Source of the DNA: a virus
DNA: 10,630 nt
UHGV virus genome: UHGV-0281862
Direction: 5' to 3' (one strand)
Shown: piece after piece, positions 6,992 through 10,630 of the stretch
Layout: the number at the start of each line of letters is the position of its first letter
Position numbering within the stretch: the stretch's first letter is position 1
The notes under the pieces: model-generated
Databases searched by the model: none
Seen by the model: only the letters and a program-made list of their open reading frames with translations
What the model was told of the DNA's origin: nothing
Translations under genes and position numbers: made by a program

Positions 6992-7020
6992 GCCATCAGT
7001 AGTTAACTGGTGGCTTTTTT
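6992..7020 (+). terminator. intrinsic terminator immediately upstream of the holin gene
   Basis: GCCATCAG-tagttaa-CTGGTGGC hairpin (one G-U pair) followed by TTTTTT. It lies inside the longest version of the holin ORF, which argues for the downstream start at 7056. Confidence 0.5.
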
Positions 7021-7055
7021 ATTGTTTTCAGCTTCCGGATAACGGGAGACGGGGT

Positions 7056-7271
7056 ATGGACCAGATGGAAAAAATCACAACAGGTGTGTCATACACCACG
7101 TCAGCGGTGGGAACGGGCTACTGGTTCCTGCAGTTGCTGGACAGGGTTTCCCCGTCTCAGTGGGCGGCAATAGGCGTGCTGGGGAGTCTGCTGTTTGGGC
7201 TGCTGACATATCTGACTAACCTGTATTTCAAAATCAGAGAGGACCGTCGTAAGGCGGCACGGGGAGAGTAA
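7056..7271 (+). CDS. S21-type pinholin (class II holin) with dual-start motif
   Basis: 71 aa: [71 protein letters not shown], very similar to the phage 21 S pinholin (two transmembrane domains, C-terminus ...[20 protein letters not shown]). Met1/Met4 give the antiholin/holin dual start; RBS GGGAGACGGGG upstream. Confidence 0.85.
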   Translation: MDQMEKITTGVSYTTSAVGTGYWFLQLLDRVSPSQWAAIGVLGSLLFGLLTYLTNLYFKIREDRRKAARGE

Positions 7272-7275
7272 TTCA

Positions 7276-7620
7276 ATGACTCAAAACTATGAACTGATTG
7301 TGAAAGGGATCCGCAATTTTGAGAATAAAGTTACGGTAACTTTAGCATTACAGGACAAAGAACGCTTTGACGGTGAAATTTTTGACCTGGACATCTCGCT
7401 GGACCGTGTTGAAGGTGCTGCGCTGGAGTTTTATGAGGCAGCGGCCAGAAGGAGCATCAGACAGGTCTTCCTGGATGTCGCTGCCGGGTTATGTGAAGGG
7501 GATGAGCAGTCGCCGGAAAAGCGCCCCGTAATTTTAGAGGCGCAGAATGTATGGATAACCTACAAAGGAAAGCTACCGGGAAGGATTACTGGTTCCCTGA
7601 AGACTCCGCCGAAATGGTAG
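7276..7620 (+). CDS. hypothetical protein inserted between holin and endolysin (possibly the YdfR-like protein found at this position in K-12 Qin)
   Basis: 114-aa ORF starting 5 nt after the holin stop, with GGAGAG 7 nt upstream. No catalytic motif recognised. Its 3' end overlaps a convergent minus-strand ORF by 35 nt. Confidence 0.5.
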   Translation: MTQNYELIVKGIRNFENKVTVTLALQDKERFDGEIFDLDISLDRVEGAALEFYEAAARRSIRQVFLDVAAGLCEGDEQSPEKRPVILEAQNVWITYKGKLPGRITGSLKTPPKW

Positions 7621-7858
7621 TTTTGCCAGCATAATTTTCTTCCAGCAATGCCGCCAGCCACTTGAAAGAATTTTGTTGTTCCTGGGACCATTTGGGGTTG
7701 CGTGATTCAAAATGAATGGATGCCAGCGTTGGCAGCATTTGCTCCCTGGGAATTGATAAGGCCAGATGTGAAAATGCAACAGTGAGGGCATTTACATCAT
7801 CCCGAAGCCTGGAAATGCAGTCGAGCAACTCCTGTAGAGAAATGGTGCTATTGTCCAT
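7586..7858 (-). CDS. hypothetical small protein encoded antisense inside the lysis cassette
   Basis: 90-aa minus-strand ORF with a strong RBS (AAGAGGA, 5 nt spacer) before its ATG at 7858. Lies between the holin-proximal gene and the endolysin. No recognisable domain; predicted mostly helical. Confidence 0.3.
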   Translation of the reverse strand: MDNSTISLQELLDCISRLRDDVNALTVAFSHLALSIPREQMLPTLASIHFESRNPKWSQEQQNSFKWLAALLEENYAGKTTISAESSGNQ

Positions 7859-7963
7859 AAATAATCCTCTTGATTGTCTTTACCTTTTCCCCGCCTGATT
7901 CAACAGGCCGGGACAGATAAACATATCCAGGGTTCAGAAACCGATAAATCCTGATAAATATCC

Positions 7964-8497
7964 ATGAACGCAAAAATCAAATACGGCCTGTCAGCTGCAG
8001 TTCTGGCGCTGATTGGAGCAGGCGCATCAGCTCCTCAGATACTTGACCAGTTTCTGGATGAAAAAGAGGGTAACCACACTACGGCATACCGCGATGGTTC
8101 CGGCAACTGGACCATCTGTCGGGGGGCCACGATGGTGGATGGAAAACCCGTTTTTCCCGGTATGAAACTGTCGAAGGAAAAATGCGACCAGGTCAACGCC
8201 ATTGAGCGTGATAAGGCGCTGGCATGGGTGGAGAAAAACATCAAAGTGCCATTGAGCGAACCCCAGAAAGCGGGGATCGCGTCATTCTGTCCGTACAACA
8301 TTGGTCCCGGTAAGTGTTTCCCGTCGACGTTTTATAAACGAATTAATGCAGGTGATCGCAGGGGAGCGTGTGAGGCGATTCGCTGGTGGATTAAGGACGG
8401 TGGCAGAGACTGCCGTATTCGTTCAAACAACTGCTACGGTCAGGTATCCCGTCGTGACCAGGAGAGCGCGCTGGCGTGCTGGGGTATCGACAGATAA
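7964..8497 (+). CDS. SAR endolysin (phage 21 R-type lysozyme, GH24 family)
   Basis: 177 aa. N-terminal weakly hydrophobic Gly/Ala-rich segment (YGLSAAVLALIGAGASA) typical of a signal-anchor-release domain, followed by the lysozyme catalytic triad spacing E-x8-D-x5-T (EGNHTTAYRDGSGNWT). Pairs with the pinholin. Confidence 0.85.
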   Translation: MNAKIKYGLSAAVLALIGAGASAPQILDQFLDEKEGNHTTAYRDGSGNWTICRGATMVDGKPVFPGMKLSKEKCDQVNAIERDKALAWVEKNIKVPLSEPQKAGIASFCPYNIGPGKCFPSTFYKRINAGDRRGACEAIRWWIKDGGRDCRIRSNNCYGQVSRRDQESALACWGIDR

Positions 8498-8587
8498 GCA
8501 GAATATTTTGCTGAAAAATAAGGCATGGCCACGCGGGCGGATAACATGAAATCCTGCGAAGTGGCGAAACGTAAGTGAATAAAAGTA

Positions 8588-8620
8588 AAAACCCCGTTTG
8601 TTGGCACCAAGCGGGGTTTT
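8588..8620 (+). terminator. terminator-like hairpin between the endolysin and spanin genes
   Basis: AAAACCCCG-tttgTTGGcaCCAAg-CGGGGTTTT: a perfect 9-bp outer stem with an inner 4-bp stem, followed by T residues. The flanking A-run and T-run could allow function in either direction. Confidence 0.35.
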
Positions 8621-8656
8621 GTGTTTCCTGACTCCGGAAAAGTCAAAGGAGAAAGT

Positions 8657-8794
8657 GTGTTTGATTTTAGCAAACTGATTCGGGAGATTCGAGTGATGGC
8701 TGAAAAATTATCCACCTGGAAGTTCATTCTTATCTGGCTGGTGTTTGTGATTATGGCCTCTGGTTATTTCATCGGTCAGATACGCTGGTGGTGA
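8657..8794 (+). CDS. candidate 45-aa single-pass membrane protein, translationally coupled to Rz
   Basis: GTG 8657 preceded by AAAGGAG with a 5-nt spacer (alternative in-frame ATG at 8696). Translation [45 protein letters not shown] has a hydrophobic core. Stop TGA 8792-8794 sits 1 nt before the Rz ATG. Below the 60-aa cutoff of the ORF track. Confidence 0.3.
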   Translation: MFDFSKLIREIRVMAEKLSTWKFILIWLVFVIMASGYFIGQIRWW

Positions 8795-8795
8795 A

Positions 8796-9260
8796 ATGAA
8801 CCGCGTACTGTGCGTGGTCATCATTGCCCTGCTGGTGGCCTGTGGTGCGCTTAGTCTGGGGCTGAATCATTACCGTGATAACGCCATTACCTACAAAGCC
8901 CAGCGCGACAAAAATGTCAGAGAACTGAAGCTGGCGAACGCGGCAATTACTGACATGCAGATGCGTCAGCGTGATGTTGCTGCGCTCGATGCAAAATACA
9001 CGAAGGAGTTAGCTGATGCGAAAGCTGAAAATGATGCTCTGCGTGATGATGTTGCCGCTGGTCGTCGTCGGTTGCACATCAAAGCAGTCTGTCAGTCAGT
9101 GCGTGAAGCCACCACCGCCTCCGGCGTGGATAATGCAGCCTCCCCCCGACTGGCAGACACCGCTGAACGGGATTATTTCACCCTCAGAGCGCGACTGATA
9201 ATAATGCAAAAACAACTTGAAGGGGCACAGCTATACATTCGAGAGCAATGCCTCAGATAA
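8796..9260 (+). CDS. Rz: Rz inner-membrane spanin subunit (lambda-type)
   Basis: 154 aa with an N-terminal transmembrane segment. The sequence from [17 protein letters not shown]... through ...MQKQLEG matches my recollection of lambda Rz nearly residue for residue. Confidence 0.9.
   Translation: MNRVLCVVIIALLVACGALSLGLNHYRDNAITYKAQRDKNVRELKLANAAITDMQMRQRDVAALDAKYTKELADAKAENDALRDDVAAGRRRLHIKAVCQSVREATTASGVDNAASPRLADTAERDYFTLRARLIIMQKQLEGAQLYIREQCLR
9016..9198 (+). CDS. Rz1: Rz1 outer-membrane lipoprotein spanin subunit, embedded in Rz in the +1 frame
   Basis: 60 aa, [60 protein letters not shown]: lipobox VVGC, proline-rich mature part, essentially lambda Rz1. RBS AAGGAG upstream of ATG 9016. 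Confidence 0.85.
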   Translation: MRKLKMMLCVMMLPLVVVGCTSKQSVSQCVKPPPPPAWIMQPPPDWQTPLNGIISPSERD

Positions 9261-9567
9261 AAACCGGCCAAGGATAATCCGCTGAAGATTCGCCGGTGGC
9301 TAAAGTGTGCCAAGAGTTCAATTTACGCAATTACTCCTGTCGATGCTATGTACCGTCTTTGTGAAGTCAATGGATACCTGATTTATTTCTGTGCGCTGTA
9401 TCGTCGCTGTACTCTTGCATTAATTATGACTGTAGCCTGACGGGGAACTCCTTCTGCACAAGTGTGGGGGAATAATCAAAAACGATGCACACCGGGGTTA
9501 CCGGGTACACATATTTCATCATGCCAGCGAGTCCGGTTCTGGCACGGAAGAAACCGGACGTTATGAT

Positions 9568-9978
9568 TTAGTGCGGAAATATTTGTGTAGTGTTCTGAAT
9601 GTTCTCAGTAAAGAGTAATGAATTATCAAAGGTATAGTAATACCTTTTGTTTTCGTGGATATTTGTAATCCATCTGAAAACCCCTGCTGTAGCAAGATTT
9701 TTCCTGTATTCGTAAAATGATAACTCTCCTGATTTGAATCCTTTTAAGGTGGCTTCTATAAGGCATTTATTTTTTGAAAATCTTACATTTACAACCTTAC
9801 CCTGTCCTTTTATTAAAACCGTATTATCGTTTTCAAGAACAAGATGAATATTCTCTGTGGCTAAATAGTAAATGTAATGTGAGACATTGTGACGTTTTAG
9901 TTCAGAATAAAACCAGTGATAGTTTAAATTATTTCGCACTTTATCGAATATTTGTTTAAAAATGGCAATCTGAGCCAT
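9568..9978 (-). CDS. DUF1398-like prophage protein (YdfO/YbcV-like), in an AT-rich segment
   Basis: Minus-strand ORF; start preferred at the Met (MAQIAIF...) preceded by GGAAGG, giving 136 aa. The position after Rz on the opposite strand parallels ybcV of DLP12 and ydfO of Qin. Local GC content is clearly lower than the flanks. Family call is from recalled similarity. Confidence 0.55.
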   Translation of the reverse strand: MAQIAIFKQIFDKVRNNLNYHWFYSELKRHNVSHYIYYLATENIHLVLENDNTVLIKGQGKVVNVRFSKNKCLIEATLKGFKSGELSFYEYRKNLATAGVFRWITNIHENKRYYYTFDNSLLFTENIQNTTQIFPH

Positions 9979-10035
9979 TGTAGTACCTTCCATGTGATAT
10001 GAGGGGGCGTAGTCTGCACGATTATCTAAATTGCT

Positions 10036-10269
10036 TCAATCTGGTCTGACCTGTTTTCTGAGCAATTCAGTAATGTCACTCTTTTCTTTGTTTGCTTCAG
10101 GCGAAACTCTTTTTTCTGAGCACAGTCTCCGGCGGCAGGCTTCAATGACCCAGGCTGAGAAATTCCCGGACCCTTTTTGAACAAGAGCGATGTTAATTTG
10201 TTCAATCATTTGGTTAGGAAAGCGGATGTTGCGGGTTGTTGTTCTGCGGGTTCTGTTCTTCGTTGACAT
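10036..10269 (-). CDS. YlcI/YnfO-family small protein (DUF3950-like)
   Basis: 77-aa minus-strand ORF, MSTKNRTRRTTTRNIRFPNQMIEQINIALVQKGSGNFSAWVIEACRRRL..., with a basic N-terminus. Lies next to the DUF1398-like gene, as ynfO-ydfO do in Qin. Confidence 0.6.
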   Translation of the reverse strand: MSTKNRTRRTTTRNIRFPNQMIEQINIALVQKGSGNFSAWVIEACRRRLCSEKRVSPEANKEKSDITELLRKQVRPD

Positions 10270-10417
10270 GAGGTTGCCCTGTATTCAGTGTCGCTGATTT
10301 GTATTGTCTGAAGTTGTTTTTACGTTAGGTTGATGCAGATCAATTAATACGATACCTGCGTCATAATTGATTATTTGACGTGGTTTGATGGCGTAGATGC
10401 ACGTTGTGACATGCAGA

Positions 10418-10432
10418 TGATAATTATTATCA
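10418..10432. promoter_or_regulatory. perfect 15-bp palindrome TGATAAT-T-ATTATCA matching the 7-1-7 Fur-box core
   Basis: Exact inverted heptamers GATAAT/ATTATC around a single central base. Located about 150 bp upstream of the minus-strand ylcI-like gene and about 36 bp before cosN. Read directly from the sequence; function is not shown. Confidence 0.3.
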
Positions 10433-10468
10433 TTTTGCGGGTCCTTTCCGGCGATCCGACAGGTTACG

Positions 10469-10480
10469 GGGCGGCGACCT
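10469..10480 (+). other. cosN cohesive-end sequence (lambda-type 12-nt GGGCGGCGACCT)
   Basis: AGGTTACG-GGGCGGCGACCT-CGCGGGTTTTCGCTATTTATGAAAATTTTCCGG matches the lambda cohesive-end junction as I recall it (right end ...GATCCGACAGGTTACG, left end GGGCGGCGACCTCGCGGGTTTTCGC...). Confidence 0.8.
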
Positions 10481-10517
10481 CGCGGGTTTTCGCTATTTAT
10501 GAAAATTTTCCGGGATC

Positions 10518-10616
10518 CATGTCCGGTTTCTCTTCAAGTTAACTATATGAAAAATATAAAAACAGGTCTTCTGTGAACCGGACATGAACAAAAAACAGAC
10601 ATGTAAACCGGACATG
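10518..10616. other. putative cosB: three copies of a 12-bp terminase small-subunit binding motif with an AT-rich possible IHF site between them
   Basis: CATGTCCGGTTT at 10518-10529 and its reverse complement AAACCGGACATG at 10576-10586 (11 of 12) and 10605-10616. The AT-rich TTAACTATATGAAAAATATAAAAACAG lies between the first and second copies. The layout resembles lambda R3-I1-R2-R1, but the sequence diverges from lambda right after cosN. Confidence 0.5.
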
Positions 10617-10630
10617 ACCGGTTTTGTTGT

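Noticed and set aside
6951-7055. Longer 106-aa version of the holin ORF starting at 6951
   Set aside because: The extension contains an intrinsic terminator hairpin (6992-7020), and the phage 21-type holin is 68-71 aa; the start at 7056 has a good RBS and the dual-start motif.
7573-7898. Additional ORFs 7573-7791 (minus) and 7716-7898 (plus) in the holin-endolysin insert
   Set aside because: 7573-7791 is an alternate frame of the better-supported minus ORF 7586-7858; 7716-7898 has no RBS and is antisense to it.
8035-8727. ORFs 8035-8301 (minus), 8301-8549 (plus) and 8440-8727 (minus) around the endolysin
   Set aside because: The first two are shadow frames of the endolysin gene; the third runs antisense across the hairpin and the small membrane ORF, with no RBS.
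9774-9959. 61-aa + strand ORF inside the AT-rich DUF1398-like gene
   Set aside because: Antisense to the better-supported minus-strand gene; AT-rich low-complexity translation.
9979-9993. Upstream start (MEGTTM...) for the DUF1398-like gene
   Set aside because: No Shine-Dalgarno before the Met at 9993, whereas the Met at 9978 is preceded by GGAAGG and gives the 136-aa length typical of the family; kept as an alternative only.

Overview
The window reads as the right arm of a mosaic lambdoid (lambda/phage-21-like) prophage from an enterobacterium, almost entirely on the + strand. It runs from the end of the replication/nin region (Dam-family methyltransferase, LexA-like protein, RusA, KilA-N protein, DUF968 protein), through a Q-like antiterminator with its late promoter and terminator, a three-tRNA cluster (Ile-CAU, Arg-UCG, Arg-UCU), and a lysis cassette (S21-type pinholin, SAR endolysin, lambda-type Rz/Rz1), to a lambda-type cos site. 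No Shiga toxin genes are present. The slot between the tRNAs and the lysis genes, where such cargo normally sits, holds two tandem, partly conserved noncoding modules, each ending in an intrinsic terminator; these are the strongest candidate for something undescribed (possible prophage small RNAs). Other points worth a second look are an antisense ORF and a small membrane ORF inserted in the lysis cassette, a perfect Fur-box-type palindrome beside cos, and a LexA DNA-binding-domain-only protein coupled to an orphan methyltransferase. All calls rest on reading the sequence and recalled family features; no database search was run.
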